IMG/VR virus record: IMGVR_UViG_3300007625_000001
Length of the DNA: 64,000 nt
Reading direction: 5' to 3' (one strand)
Source of the DNA: an uncultured virus (IMG/VR IMGVR_UViG_3300007625_000001)
Lineage: Duplodnaviria; Heunggongvirae; Uroviricota; Caudoviricetes
Shown here: positions 35,489 through 47,089 of the stretch, piece by piece
Position numbering within the stretch: position 1 is the first letter of the stretch
Layout: every line of letters starts with the position of its first letter
The notes under the pieces: generated by a model
What the model was told of the DNA's origin: nothing
The model's input: only the letters and a program-made list of their open reading frames with translations
Database searches by the model: none
Made by a program: the position numbers and the translations under genes

Positions 35489-38065
35489 ATGGCATCACTA
35501 CTGAAATCACCATTACACAATTCGATTGCAGAAGGGTTGTATAATGAACTTCAGAATCGTACATCACGATACTATTATTTCTTAGGAAAATCTCTCAGTT
35601 GGACAGATTCGGATACACCTCCACTGCCTATTGATAGTTTTGACTATGAGTTACAAACACGTAACGAAATAATTACAATGAAGGAGATAAAGTCCACAGA
35701 CGTGGCTTTCGTCATTCTACGCAGAGACTGGATTTCTGGTACAATCTATGATATGTATGATGATCAATATAGTGATGAACTGCAAGGTATTAATTTAATC
35801 TCTGGTGGATATGGTTATTCAGATACACCAAGTGTAACTATTACTGGTGGTGGTGGTACAGGTGCTGCAGCAACAGCACAACTAACAGATGGATTCGTTA
35901 CATCAATAATTTTATCTTCTCGTGGCAGAGGTTATACAACTGCTCCAACAGTTAATATTTTAGGTGGTGGTGGAGAAGGTGCTGCTGCACTTGGTGTTAT
36001 CACTAAAGCACCTTCTGGAACTCAAAAATTAGAAGACACTAACTGTTATGTAATGACAGATGAATACAACGTATATAAATGTCTCGATAACAACAATAAT
36101 GCGATTTCTACTTACAAACCAATTGGTACTGTTGTAGATCCTGTTATCATGCCAGACGGATATATGTGGAAATATTTGTATAGTATTCCAATTGCATTGC
36201 GCAATAAATTCTTGACTGATGTCTATATGCCTGTTGTTAATGCATTAAGATCTCAGTTTTATTCTGATGGCGAAATCCTAAACATAGTTGTTGAGAATGG
36301 TGGGCAGAATTATACCACAGCAAGCATTTCAGTTGCTGGTGATGGATATAGAGCATCAGATCCTCTATTACTAACTGGTGTTAATATAACTACTGGAGGT
36401 ACTGGATATAGTGGTGGAGCCACATGTTTAATGACTCCTCCTTTCAATGGTGCAAATAACTGGGTTGCTAACATAGGTATTCTTCTTGGACAATTGGTGG
36501 AGCATGATAATAACATTTATATTGCAACTCTTACTGGCACCACAGCAACTCCTGCCCCATCTCATAAATCTGGAATTGTTGCCAATGGAACTGCAGCACT
36601 AAAATATATTGGTTCAAGAGTAACTGGTACACCAATAGTTTCTAGTGGTGTAATAACTGGTGTTACTCTTAATGGTAGTATTTATGATATTACTATGGCG
36701 ACTTCTGGATCAGGATATACATCTGCTCCAGCTGTAACATTAATTGGTGGAGGTGGTTCTGGATTTGTTGGTTCTTCAATTATGAGTGGTACTTCTGTAC
36801 AAAGAGTATACATAACTAATTCTGGAATAAATTTTACTAGCGTTCCAACTGTAAGATTTGGAACTTTATTTACAAATTCTACTGTATATACTGTTGGACA
36901 ACAGGTATACTTTTCAACTAGATTATATACTGTGACTGGTGCAGGAACATCCCATGCATCTACTACACCGAGCCACACTTCTGGAGCAGTTGTTAATGGA
37001 ACTGCTACATTAACATATGTTGGCTCTCCTGCAACTGGTACTGCTACTCTAAAATATGGTGCTGGTTATTCTACACTACCATCTATATCGTTCTCTCCGA
37101 TTTCAGGTGGGGCTGGTGGAACAGGTTATTTTGCAGGTATAAAATCTGAAGCCAAACTAATTCCTATATTAAACAATGGACAGATTTATGGTGTGCAGAT
37201 TGACGATGGTGGTGTTGGATATACATATGCTAACTTAACTGTTACTGGTAATGGTACTCTTGCTTCTCTAACTGCAGATCTATCTCCAGGTGATATTAAT
37301 ACACTTCAAGCGAATACTGAATTGTTGACACCTGATGGTCGTATTATGGCTTACCCAGTTATTTCTGGGGGTTTTGGATACGGTGGTGCTCCTACTGTTA
37401 CTGTTACTGGTGATGGTACAGGGGCTAGTGCAACAGCTACTGTTGTAAATGGGGCTGTTAAAAAGTTAATTGTTGTTGATTATGGTACTGGTTATCGTTG
37501 GGCAAATGTTTCTATAACAGGTTCTGGATATGGAGCATCAGCTAGAGCAGTTCGTGCGCCATATGGTGGCCATGGTAAAGATCCAATTACTGGTATGTTT
37601 GCCAATACATTGATGTTTTATACTAATATTTCTAAAGATAAAAATCAAGGATTTGATGTTAATAATGACTTCAGACAACTTGGTATAATTAAAAACCCCA
37701 GACAGTTTGGTTCTTATGGAAACCTAAAAAGTGCGCTAGCATCTGCATGCTATGTTGTAACTGCTTCTATGAACACTACATATTTTACACAAGATATGCA
37801 AGTAAGACTTGGTACTCTAACTGGACCAAGATTTACAATTGTTGCACTAACAACAACTTCTTGTTTACTTCAATCTATAGATAATGCTGTTCCTGCTGTT
37901 GGGTCTGTATTTCTAAATTCTGTGGCACAAACATTTAGTGCAGCTGGTGTCACTACTCCAACGGCAGATAAATACTCAGGACACATCTTGTTTATTGATA
38001 ATAAACAAGCATTTACTCCTACAGCAGACCAGACTGTTACTTTGAGAACTGTTATAAAATTCTAA
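35489..38065 (+). CDS. gp8: baseplate wedge subunit expanded with inserted modules
   Basis: R.DW..G..YDMY, YV.T..YNVYKCLDN, DGY.WKYLY, NDFRQ.GII.NP, SG.ILFIDN. Confidence 0.85.
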   Translation: MASLLKSPLHNSIAEGLYNELQNRTSRYYYFLGKSLSWTDSDTPPLPIDSFDYELQTRNEIITMKEIKSTDVAFVILRRDWISGTIYDMYDDQYSDELQGINLISGGYGYSDTPSVTITGGGGTGAAATAQLTDGFVTSIILSSRGRGYTTAPTVNILGGGGEGAAALGVITKAPSGTQKLEDTNCYVMTDEYNVYKCLDNNNNAISTYKPIGTVVDPVIMPDGYMWKYLYSIPIALRNKFLTDVYMPVVNALRSQFYSDGEILNIVVENGGQNYTTASISVAGDGYRASDPLLLTGVNITTGGTGYSGGATCLMTPPFNGANNWVANIGILLGQLVEHDNNIYIATLTGTTATPAPSHKSGIVANGTAALKYIGSRVTGTPIVSSGVITGVTLNGSIYDITMATSGSGYTSAPAVTLIGGGGSGFVGSSIMSGTSVQRVYITNSGINFTSVPTVRFGTLFTNSTVYTVGQQVYFSTRLYTVTGAGTSHASTTPSHTSGAVVNGTATLTYVGSPATGTATLKYGAGYSTLPSISFSPISGGAGGTGYFAGIKSEAKLIPILNNGQIYGVQIDDGGVGYTYANLTVTGNGTLASLTADLSPGDINTLQANTELLTPDGRIMAYPVISGGFGYGGAPTVTVTGDGTGASATATVVNGAVKKLIVVDYGTGYRWANVSITGSGYGASARAVRAPYGGHGKDPITGMFANTLMFYTNISKDKNQGFDVNNDFRQLGIIKNPRQFGSYGNLKSALASACYVVTASMNTTYFTQDMQVRLGTLTGPRFTIVALTTTSCLLQSIDNAVPAVGSVFLNSVAQTFSAAGVTTPTADKYSGHILFIDNKQAFTPTADQTVTLRTVIKF

Positions 38066-38099
38066 TAAATAATAGTAACTAACATAAAGAAGAAAAAGA

Positions 38100-41000
38100 A
38101 TGCTAGATTTTAATACCGAACCGTATAATGATGATTTCGATGAAGAAAAAAAATTCTATCGAATTTTGTTTCGCCCTTCTTTTGCTGTTCAGGCACGTGA
38201 ACTAACACAACTCCAGACAATCCTTCAGAATCAGATTACTCGCCATGGCGATAATATTTTCAAACAAGGTGCCATGGTTATACCTGGACAGGTATCTGCT
38301 GAAACTATTACTAATACTACAAAAGGTATTGATTATGTTAAACTACAGGCATTGTATAATGGTGTAGCCGTTGCTACATTTATTGATTCTTTGCAGGGTT
38401 TAGTTATCACAGGTTCAAGTGGATTAAAAGCACAGGTTATCAAGGCACAACGAGCAGAAGATACAGATCCAACAACTCTTTATGTTCGCTATTTAAATTC
38501 TGCAACTGATACTACGCAAAAAGTTTTTGCTGGTAATGAAGTTCTTCATACTGATACTGGTTTTTATTTTCAAGCACAAGCAAGTTCAGCTACAGGTAAA
38601 GGATCTTTGGCTACAATTGAGAGAGGTGTCTATTACATTAATGGACATTTTGTTCTTTGCGATACACAAGCAATTACACTAAACAAATATGACCCTTCTC
38701 CATCATATCGTGTTGGATTGAATGTATCAGAAAATATCACTACTGCAGAAGATGATGAAACTCTTTTAGATAATGCGCAGAATAGTTATAACTTTGCTGC
38801 TCCAGGTGCTCATCGTTACTTTATTGATTTAACACTATCTAAAAGATCTTTGGAGTCAACTGATGATCAGAACTTCGTAGAATTGATTCGTGTAACTGGT
38901 GGTGTTGTTAATACCATTGTTAAAGAAACTGCATATAATATAATCTATACTCAGATTCAAAATGAGATGGAAAGAAGAACATTCGATACTAATGGTGATT
39001 ACACTGTTAATGGATGGTCTGTAGATGTTCGTGAATCACGTAATAATAATCGTGGAGCATGGGCTCAAAATAGTGCATATCTAATTAATGATATTGTTAC
39101 ATATGGTGGTTATACATATACTGCTAAAAATAGTGCATCTTCAGTAACTACTCCTCCAACTCATAATTCTGGCTCAGCATATGATGGTGCAGGTAATAGC
39201 GGTGTTAACTGGCAATATGATGAAAATCCAGTATACAATCGTGGTATAAAATTAACTGGTAATGAAGGTGATCTTGCTATCGGTATTGATGCTGGAAGAG
39301 CATATGTTTCTGGAGCAGAACTTGAAAATCCTGCTACTGCATACATAACAGTACCAAAGGCTAGAGATTATGATCAAGCGATCGATTCTGTAATAACTCC
39401 AGTTGTTGGAAATTATGTTATTGTAACTAACTTAAATTATGTACCAACTATCGATACAGGTACGTTAGTTAATATCTATGACGGTATCACTGGATCTTCT
39501 AATCGAGGTAATGCGTCAGCAGTTTCTAATGCACAATTAATCGGAACTGCCCGTGCTCGTTTTATTGAGTGGCACAATATTCTTCCTTATGGATCTACTT
39601 CACAATATAAATTAGGTCTATGGGATATCCAGATGAAATCTGGATTTGATTTCAACAGAAATGCTAAGTCTTTCTATACTGTTGGCAGTGGTGTTGGGAC
39701 TTCTTTCTCAGCCGACATACAACCAGCATTAGTTAATTTAACTGGTTCAGTTACTGCAGTTGCAACTAATACTGTAACTGGTGTTGGGACTTCTTTCCTA
39801 ACAGATTTAAAAGTTGGTGATTACATCCTTATTAACGATTCTCTGTATAGAAGAATCTCAGCCATTACTTCTCAAAATTCTTTAACAGTTGATAGCTCAA
39901 TATCATCAGTGACTGGTGTAAAATATCAACTAGTAACAACTGTTCTACAAGAAGCCATAGCAAATAATTTAGTGTTCCCTCTTGCATATAGTTCTGTTCG
40001 TTCTATGAGAACATCTGGCAATAGTGGAGTTAACAATTTAAACTATACAGCTTATGTTAAGTTTAATAGTGTAAATACTGCTACTACTACTCTTGCATTA
40101 AATACATCAGGTAATTTTGCTTCTGCTGCAGATAATGATAGTTATCTTGTAGTTAAAGATTCTGATGGATCTGTTGTGAACATCACAGCATCTAATATTA
40201 GTGGTACTGGTACTTCTAACGTAAGTATCACTGTTCCGACATCTGGAACATATACTGTAATTGCTGCAGTTATTCGTTCTGGATCTGGTTTCGAAAAATC
40301 AAAAACACTAACACAAGTCACTGAAACATTCATTAGTGCTACTGCTGCTCAACAAGCATCAATCGTTCTAGATAAAGCAGATATATTCAGAATCATAAGC
40401 ATTAAGATGGCTCCAGGAACTGCCTTTGATAGCACTCCAGGATCTTATACTCAAGATATTTCAGAGAGATATTCTTTCGATAATGGTCAGCGTTTGACAC
40501 ATTATGATTATGGTAAATTAAATTTACTACCATCTTATACTCAACCATCTAATCCAGTTCAAGTTGTATATGAATACTTTGAACATGGTGCTGGTGACTA
40601 TTTTGATGTTAACTCTTATAGTGGTATTGATTACAAACAGATTCCTGCCAATCTACGAGACTCTATTGATTTTAGACCAAGAGTTGCTAATAAAACAACT
40701 GGTAGTGGAGTGAAGAACTTTACTAGCACAGGCTCTTCTATGACTTCTATACCAAAACGTGGTGAATATGTCAAAGCAGATTACAGTTACTATCTTGCTA
40801 GAAAAGATAAAATTATTTTAGAGCCAACTGGTAAATTAGTTGATATACAAGGCGTTCCATCTACTGTTCCTGGAGAACCAGTAACACCAGCACTTGGAAT
40901 GGTATTGTATAATCTATCTCTAGAACCATATACTTTTGGTACTGCATCAACTAATGTGAGCGTTTCAAAAGTTGATAATAAACGCTACACAATGCGTGAC

Positions 41001-44000
41001 ATCGGTAAGTTAGAAAATAGAATTAATAATTTAGAGTACTACACATCATTATCTCTGTTGGAATCAGAAACATCTAGTTTAAAAATTCCAGATAGTAATG
41101 GTATGGATAGAATGAAGAATGGTTTTGTTGTTGATAACTTCGGTAGCAGTGCTCTTGTAGCTGATCCAAAAACTTCTGATCTTAGCTGTTCTATTGATAT
41201 GGGGGCTAACTTACTGCGCCCAGCGCACACAATGCATAATGTAGATTTAATCGAACAAGCCTCTACTACTTCTGCAAGAACTAATGCTAATTATCAGCTA
41301 ACTGGTGATATTATAACTTTACCTTATACTACTACACCTCTGGTCACACAGGCATATGCGTCTAGACTAGAATATGTTAATCCATTTGCCATCTATACAT
41401 TCTTAGGAAGTGTTCAGATAACCCCAGCATCAGATGATTGGTTTGACACTGACAGAGTACCTGATCTTATTCAGCAGGTAGAGGGGAATTATAATTCTCT
41501 TAAGAATATGATAGATTTAAATAATGGTTGGCCAATTTATGGCGCATGGACTACAGATTGGTCTGGAACTCCTCAACATACTGTTACTACTAATAACTAC
41601 ATAAGTGGTAATCTTTTGATGGAAACAACTACTGATTCATGGTCTCAGACTGGTATTAAGTCAAGAAATGGTACTAAAACTTCTATAGTAGCAAAAACAG
41701 ATTATGAGTCAGTTGGTGACAGAACAGTATCAACTTCTATCGTTCCTTATGTACGATCACGTTTTGTATTAGTTCAATCTAAACAATTAAAGCCATCTAC
41801 TCGCTTTTATGCTTATTTTAATGAAGTTGATATAAATTCATATTGTACTCCAACGACTAAACTGGTGTATACTCCAACAGGTTCTACTGAAATTCTAAAA
41901 GCAGCAAACCATAAACTTTGGAATACTTCAACTAATGTCGGTGGATCTAGCACAGACATTAAAAGAAGAATCGGTACAGACGTACAAGTTTGTTTAACAC
42001 GTGGTGACGTAATAACAAAATCAGACAATTCTGCATCAGCAGTAGTTGTTGGTAAATATTTAATACATAATGATGATGGTACTACATCTTATGCGCTTGA
42101 TTTAGTTAATATTATCGGAACATTTAGTTCAGGTAATACATTTACTGGATCTATTAGTAATCAAACAGGAACTGTAGTTTCGGTAACAACTAATACTACA
42201 TTAACTACAAATCAATCAGGTGAAGTAAACTTCTTGTTTAATATACCAAATACTGAATCTGTTCGTTTCCGTACTGGTAAATCTACATTAAAACTAATGG
42301 ATTCTGCAACTTCTACAGGAAATTATACTTCTCGTGGAATCGGCACTTATGAAGCCACTGGAACACTTCAAACTGTTCAAGGTATAGTTAATGCTGTTAG
42401 AAATTCTACTATTGTTCAAGAACAGATTAATCCTCGTGCTGGTGATCCTAATACTTATGAGGTCGTTAATAGAAATGGTAGTTCTACTTCTACCAGAGTT
42501 ATTGCTGATTTAACACCAGCATGGACAGATCCACTTGCACAATCATTTTATGTAGAATCAAGAGGTGGTGCATTCTTAACAAGTATTGATTTATTCTTTG
42601 CAACTAAATCTGCAAATGTCCCAGTAACTGTACATATTCGTGAGATGGTCAACGGTAATCCGACACATCAGGTTCTTCCATTCAGTAGTGTAACTTTAAA
42701 TCCAGATTTGGTTAATGCTCCTGTTTCTGGAACTACTGCAGAAGCATCAGGATATACATCTGTTGCTCTGCCTGATGGTAATTCTTATGCAGACTATAAC
42801 ACAGCAACGAAATTCACATTCGAATCTCCTGTCTTTGTAGAAGACAGTAAAGAGTATGCATTTGTTATTCAGTCTGATTCAAATGATTACAGAGTTTGGA
42901 TTTCTAATATGGGTGATGTCATCCCAGGAACAAGTAGAACTATTTCTGAACAACCATATGCTGGTGTAATGTTCAAATCTCAGAATGCTTCTACATGGAC
43001 ACCAGATCAAAATCAAGATATTAAATTTACAATACATCGTGCTGTATTTGCTACAAATACGGTTGGTGCTATTGTTATGACGAATAATGTTTTACCTCAT
43101 GACCAATTGAAAAATAACCCAATCCAAACTGTTACTGGATCTAATGTTATTAGAATTTGGCATCCTAATCATGGTATGTCTTCTGGTTCTAGTGTTCAAC
43201 TTAGTGGATTGACTTCTAATATTAATGGAATCCCAGTCGGTGAAATCAATACGACTAAAGTTATTGCTAACGTAGATGCTCATTGTTATACAATAACTAC
43301 TAGCACAGTTGCTACTTCTACTGGTTATTCTGGTGGTAACTTACTAAAGGCTTCTAGAAATATTGCATATGATTTAATTAAACCAACTTTGCAGATGCAA
43401 ACTTTCGGTGAATCATTAGCAAAATTCTCTATGAAAACAACATCAGGAACATCACCTGATGGAGCACAAACATCATATGTTATAGATACTTCTTATTCTC
43501 CAGTTGTAGTTGATATTGACAACATTTGGGACAAAACAAGAGTTGTTGCTTCTGAGGTTAATGAAAACACTTATATGAGTGGAGAAAAATCTCTACAATT
43601 GTTGTGTCAGATTTCTACTACAAACAATGCAGTTTCTCCTGTTATTGATACTGCTCGTTCTAGTGCAGTATTAGTTTCAAATAAATTAAATTATCCTACT
43701 GAATCTAATACAAATGTGGCTTCTTTAGATACAAAAATAATGTTTGCTGGAGCAGCTGGAACTATTACTGGTGTTCCAAATAGTGGTGTGGCAGTAGCAG
43801 TTACTGGTGGATCATATAACTATGCTATTACTGGAACTCTATTAACTTTATCAGGCTCTCAATCCTTAACTCAAGGAACACAGTACTATTATGGAAATAA
43901 ACTTTACCTATGTACTGTAGGAGGAACTGCTAGTGTCAGCGCACCTACTCACACATATGGTGTAGCAACAAATGGCACAGCAACTTTACAGTGGGTTGGA

Positions 44001-44618
44001 AGTGCATCTTCTATAACTTCTACTAATGCGACTGTTAGAGGATTAATGGCTGGACTTGGAATTGGTAGATATCTAACTACTGGTGGTTCTTCAAACACAG
44101 CAAATAATAGTACATGGATAGTTACTGGCTATGGTGATAATGGTACTACTGGAACTGTTTATGTAGATTCTGTTTCTGGGGCTGTATTCACTGCAGAGAC
44201 AGTTACTTCTTCTGCAATTTATGTTGCAGTCAGAGAATTATTCTACGATGAAATCGCCCCACGTGGAGGAAGTTCGCTAAGTAAGTATGTAACAACACCT
44301 ATTAAATTTGCGAATTCTTCTAGTTTCGTGAGAATTAAACTTGGAGCTAATTGCCCGAATGAGGCTGATATCAAAGTTTACTATAAGACTTGTCTGGGTG
44401 ATAGCAAACAGTTAGATACTATTAGATATACGCTAGCCTCCGCTGATAATAATGGAATAATTAAAGTCGACAATGGAAACTATGCATTCTCTGATGTAGA
44501 CTATACTATGAACAATATGACACCATTCGATACTATTGCGATTAAAATCGTTATGCAGTCCACTAATAGTTCTGCTACTCCAATCATCAAAGACTTTAGG
44601 GTTATTGCCTGCGCATAA
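38100..44618 (+). CDS. very large baseplate/virion structural protein (DUF4815-like)
   Basis: PYNDDFD..K.FYRILFRP..AVQARELTQLQ, APGAHR, KRYTMRDIG.LE.RI..LEYYTSLSLLE, DPLAQSF, FKSQNASTWT. Confidence 0.85.
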   Translation: MLDFNTEPYNDDFDEEKKFYRILFRPSFAVQARELTQLQTILQNQITRHGDNIFKQGAMVIPGQVSAETITNTTKGIDYVKLQALYNGVAVATFIDSLQGLVITGSSGLKAQVIKAQRAEDTDPTTLYVRYLNSATDTTQKVFAGNEVLHTDTGFYFQAQASSATGKGSLATIERGVYYINGHFVLCDTQAITLNKYDPSPSYRVGLNVSENITTAEDDETLLDNAQNSYNFAAPGAHRYFIDLTLSKRSLESTDDQNFVELIRVTGGVVNTIVKETAYNIIYTQIQNEMERRTFDTNGDYTVNGWSVDVRESRNNNRGAWAQNSAYLINDIVTYGGYTYTAKNSASSVTTPPTHNSGSAYDGAGNSGVNWQYDENPVYNRGIKLTGNEGDLAIGIDAGRAYVSGAELENPATAYITVPKARDYDQAIDSVITPVVGNYVIVTNLNYVPTIDTGTLVNIYDGITGSSNRGNASAVSNAQLIGTARARFIEWHNILPYGSTSQYKLGLWDIQMKSGFDFNRNAKSFYTVGSGVGTSFSADIQPALVNLTGSVTAVATNTVTGVGTSFLTDLKVGDYILINDSLYRRISAITSQNSLTVDSSISSVTGVKYQLVTTVLQEAIANNLVFPLAYSSVRSMRTSGNSGVNNLNYTAYVKFNSVNTATTTLALNTSGNFASAADNDSYLVVKDSDGSVVNITASNISGTGTSNVSITVPTSGTYTVIAAVIRSGSGFEKSKTLTQVTETFISATAAQQASIVLDKADIFRIISIKMAPGTAFDSTPGSYTQDISERYSFDNGQRLTHYDYGKLNLLPSYTQPSNPVQVVYEYFEHGAGDYFDVNSYSGIDYKQIPANLRDSIDFRPRVANKTTGSGVKNFTSTGSSMTSIPKRGEYVKADYSYYLARKDKIILEPTGKLVDIQGVPSTVPGEPVTPALGMVLYNLSLEPYTFGTASTNVSVSKVDNKRYTMRDIGKLENRINNLEYYTSLSLLESETSSLKIPDSNGMDRMKNGFVVDNFGSSALVADPKTSDLSCSIDMGANLLRPAHTMHNVDLIEQASTTSARTNANYQLTGDIITLPYTTTPLVTQAYASRLEYVNPFAIYTFLGSVQITPASDDWFDTDRVPDLIQQVEGNYNSLKNMIDLNNGWPIYGAWTTDWSGTPQHTVTTNNYISGNLLMETTTDSWSQTGIKSRNGTKTSIVAKTDYESVGDRTVSTSIVPYVRSRFVLVQSKQLKPSTRFYAYFNEVDINSYCTPTTKLVYTPTGSTEILKAANHKLWNTSTNVGGSSTDIKRRIGTDVQVCLTRGDVITKSDNSASAVVVGKYLIHNDDGTTSYALDLVNIIGTFSSGNTFTGSISNQTGTVVSVTTNTTLTTNQSGEVNFLFNIPNTESVRFRTGKSTLKLMDSATSTGNYTSRGIGTYEATGTLQTVQGIVNAVRNSTIVQEQINPRAGDPNTYEVVNRNGSSTSTRVIADLTPAWTDPLAQSFYVESRGGAFLTSIDLFFATKSANVPVTVHIREMVNGNPTHQVLPFSSVTLNPDLVNAPVSGTTAEASGYTSVALPDGNSYADYNTATKFTFESPVFVEDSKEYAFVIQSDSNDYRVWISNMGDVIPGTSRTISEQPYAGVMFKSQNASTWTPDQNQDIKFTIHRAVFATNTVGAIVMTNNVLPHDQLKNNPIQTVTGSNVIRIWHPNHGMSSGSSVQLSGLTSNINGIPVGEINTTKVIANVDAHCYTITTSTVATSTGYSGGNLLKASRNIAYDLIKPTLQMQTFGESLAKFSMKTTSGTSPDGAQTSYVIDTSYSPVVVDIDNIWDKTRVVASEVNENTYMSGEKSLQLLCQISTTNNAVSPVIDTARSSAVLVSNKLNYPTESNTNVASLDTKIMFAGAAGTITGVPNSGVAVAVTGGSYNYAITGTLLTLSGSQSLTQGTQYYYGNKLYLCTVGGTASVSAPTHTYGVATNGTATLQWVGSASSITSTNATVRGLMAGLGIGRYLTTGGSSNTANNSTWIVTGYGDNGTTGTVYVDSVSGAVFTAETVTSSAIYVAVRELFYDEIAPRGGSSLSKYVTTPIKFANSSSFVRIKLGANCPNEADIKVYYKTCLGDSKQLDTIRYTLASADNNGIIKVDNGNYAFSDVDYTMNNMTPFDTIAIKIVMQSTNSSATPIIKDFRVIACA

Positions 44619-44619
44619 A

Positions 44620-44847
44620 ATGGATTATTTGAAAGTTCAAGGACATGATGGCTTAGTTAGAGATACCTCTACTGGAGCCATTATAAATACTAATAGAACA
44701 GAATATGAAACCTATATGAGCAGAAAAAAGATGGCTGAGCAGAGAGAGTTAGAGATTTCTCAACATACAGAAGACATAAATATATTGAAGAACGAACTGC
44801 AAGACATAAAATCTCTTATTTTACAGCTTTTGCACAAAAAAGATTGA
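44620..44847 (+). CDS. small coiled-coil virion-associated protein
   Basis: KVQGH..LVRD..TGAIIN, then heptad repeats; likely start ATG 44620. Confidence 0.75.
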   Translation: MDYLKVQGHDGLVRDTSTGAIINTNRTEYETYMSRKKMAEQRELEISQHTEDINILKNELQDIKSLILQLLHKKD

Positions 44848-44861
44848 CTAAGGAAACTTAA

Positions 44862-46067
44862 ATGCCAAATATTACATCCGCATCTATTACGCTAAGATCG
44901 ACTAAGGGTAGTCCTCTTACGAATACAGAAGTCGATAATAACTTTAATAACTTAAACACAGCCATTGCGACTGGTTTAACTGCAGCCAGCTATACCGCAG
45001 CTGATGTTCTAGCCAAACTAGTTACTGTTGATGGTGCTGGATCTGGTCTAGACGCTGACTTACTTGATGGACTGACTACTGCTTCAGCAAATACAGCATC
45101 TACTGTTGTTGTTCGTGACGCTTCTGGTAACTTCTCTGCTGGTACTATTACTGCAGCGTTAACTGGCACAGCGACTATCGCTTCCAGCTTGAATTATACA
45201 GTGGCTATCTCTGGTGGTGGTACTGGTGCTACTACTGCATCATCTGCTAGATCTAACTTAGGTTTGGCAATCGGCTCTGATGTTCAGGCTTATGATGGTG
45301 AACTAGCTGCGTTGGCTTCTACCACTTCTTCAGCAAATGCACTACCTTACTTTACTGGCGCAGGTACTGCTTCTACTACAACTCTTTCTGCATATGGTCG
45401 CACTCTTATCGATGATGCAGATGCATCTACTGCTCGTGGTACACTTGGTTTAACGATTGGTTCTGATGTTCAGGCTTATGCGGCAAACTTAGCTGCACTT
45501 GCAGGTGTTTCTGGTAATGGTCTTTATATTCGTACTGGTGCAGGTACTGCTGTTAATAGATCAATTGCAGCTGGTTCTGGTATTACTGTCTCCAATGGTG
45601 ATGGTGTTTCTGGTAATCCAACGATTAATGCAAACGTATTGTCTGTTCAGGGTAATACTGGTAACGTAATCGTTTCAGTTCCTGTTACTTCTGTTCAGGG
45701 TAATACTGGTGCGGTTATTGTTTCTAACATTGCTGGTAATGCTGCCACTGCCACCAACGCACATGCTGCACATACTTCTCAGTTCTCACACCATGCTCAG
45801 TATACTCCATGGTCTCAGGTTCAAGGTCGTCCACACCACTTATCTCAATTTGCCAACGACTTAGGTAACTATGGTGGTTGGGTTCCACATAATACTAAAC
45901 ATACTAACCCAGATGTCAGCTCTACCATTGGGCGAAATGCTGGTGGTGTAGGAAATTGTGGTAATATCGTATCTAGAAACGTATCGAGAATGCACTTAGA
46001 TACAAACCACCATTTTGATCCTCACCATCACCACAATAATTGTACCAATTGTAACTGTAACTGTTAA
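44862..46067 (+). CDS. tail-fibre-like protein with His-rich, Cys-terminated tip
   Basis: KGSPLT..EVD.NF start, [11 protein letters not shown], two [11 protein letters not shown] and two SVQGNTG repeats; ends [19 protein letters not shown]. Confidence 0.8.
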   Translation: MPNITSASITLRSTKGSPLTNTEVDNNFNNLNTAIATGLTAASYTAADVLAKLVTVDGAGSGLDADLLDGLTTASANTASTVVVRDASGNFSAGTITAALTGTATIASSLNYTVAISGGGTGATTASSARSNLGLAIGSDVQAYDGELAALASTTSSANALPYFTGAGTASTTTLSAYGRTLIDDADASTARGTLGLTIGSDVQAYAANLAALAGVSGNGLYIRTGAGTAVNRSIAAGSGITVSNGDGVSGNPTINANVLSVQGNTGNVIVSVPVTSVQGNTGAVIVSNIAGNAATATNAHAAHTSQFSHHAQYTPWSQVQGRPHHLSQFANDLGNYGGWVPHNTKHTNPDVSSTIGRNAGGVGNCGNIVSRNVSRMHLDTNHHFDPHHHHNNCTNCNCNC

Positions 46068-46084
46068 TAGGTAATAGGAAAACT

Positions 46085-47020
46085 ATGCAATATATAACTA
46101 AACTCCAACATCGTGCTAGATATTTGGGATACCCAAATGCAGTATTACCAAAACATTTCGATGATTCGGTAGGTTTAACTGGTATCACTGATCCTGTAGA
46201 ATACGATAGAATATCAGCTGCTGCTGACCCAACTATTTTCGAACAGATGGAATTTGATTTTAAGTGGGATTTAAATTTAACTGGTAATATTTTAAAAGCA
46301 AAATTTATTAATGTTACCGAAAATAATAGAATTATTAATAATTTTTCTATTGATATGTCATATTTAAGTAATGCAGACGCATGTACTCTTTGGTATATTA
46401 AAGATGATATTATTTTAAGTAATATATCCAAAGTACTTGATGCAGATGCAGAAGAACTAACTATAGTAGATACAGATCTAGTTAATTCTTTCGCAAATAC
46501 TTTACCAACCAAAAATTTTAATATTTATGGAACCCATGGTTTAATAGTATTTTATGTGACTAAAGATAATCCAACTCCTGCTGATATTATCACTTGTATT
46601 ATTAGACCTATAGTTAGCACAGATACGGACTATAATACAGTTTTACCAGAAATGTTAAGAAATAATATCGAAATTAAACCACTAGGTGATTATAGAGTTA
46701 CTGTTACAGGTAATTTGACTAAGCATCCTGCTGATCCTACTACATTACTGATTATTGATACACTTTTACCAGAAATAACAGTGACATCTTCAACAGTATC
46801 TGGTGATATTGTTACAGTTAATTTTACAACAGATTCGAAAATCAATAACATTTATCTGGTCCAATCTGAAGGTTATTTACCAAAATTAAAAATCCCAGTT
46901 ACTAATGGAACTGGTTCTTTTAAAGTAGTCACAACTGGTATGGATGCAGGTGATACTATTAAAGTTAAAATGGGTTTTAAATATTGGGTTAACAGAACTG
47001 AGTTCACTAAAATATTATAA
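46085..47020 (+). CDS. hypothetical protein (beta-rich C-terminus); possible fibre partner
   Basis: ORF track; AGGA SD; no recognised motif. Confidence 0.7.
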   Translation: MQYITKLQHRARYLGYPNAVLPKHFDDSVGLTGITDPVEYDRISAAADPTIFEQMEFDFKWDLNLTGNILKAKFINVTENNRIINNFSIDMSYLSNADACTLWYIKDDIILSNISKVLDADAEELTIVDTDLVNSFANTLPTKNFNIYGTHGLIVFYVTKDNPTPADIITCIIRPIVSTDTDYNTVLPEMLRNNIEIKPLGDYRVTVTGNLTKHPADPTTLLIIDTLLPEITVTSSTVSGDIVTVNFTTDSKINNIYLVQSEGYLPKLKIPVTNGTGSFKVVTTGMDAGDTIKVKMGFKYWVNRTEFTKIL

Positions 47021-47037
47021 AATTTATATTTTGAACA

Positions 47038-47070
47038 TATCCTATCGGAGATAAATACTCTGATAGGATA
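47038..47070 (+). promoter_or_regulatory. 13-bp inverted repeat whose loop is the late promoter motif ATAAATA
   Basis: TATCCTATCGGAG-ATAAATA-CTCTGATAGGATA (one G.U pair). Confidence 0.65.
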
Positions 47071-47089
47071 ATTTATTTTGAGGGATAGT

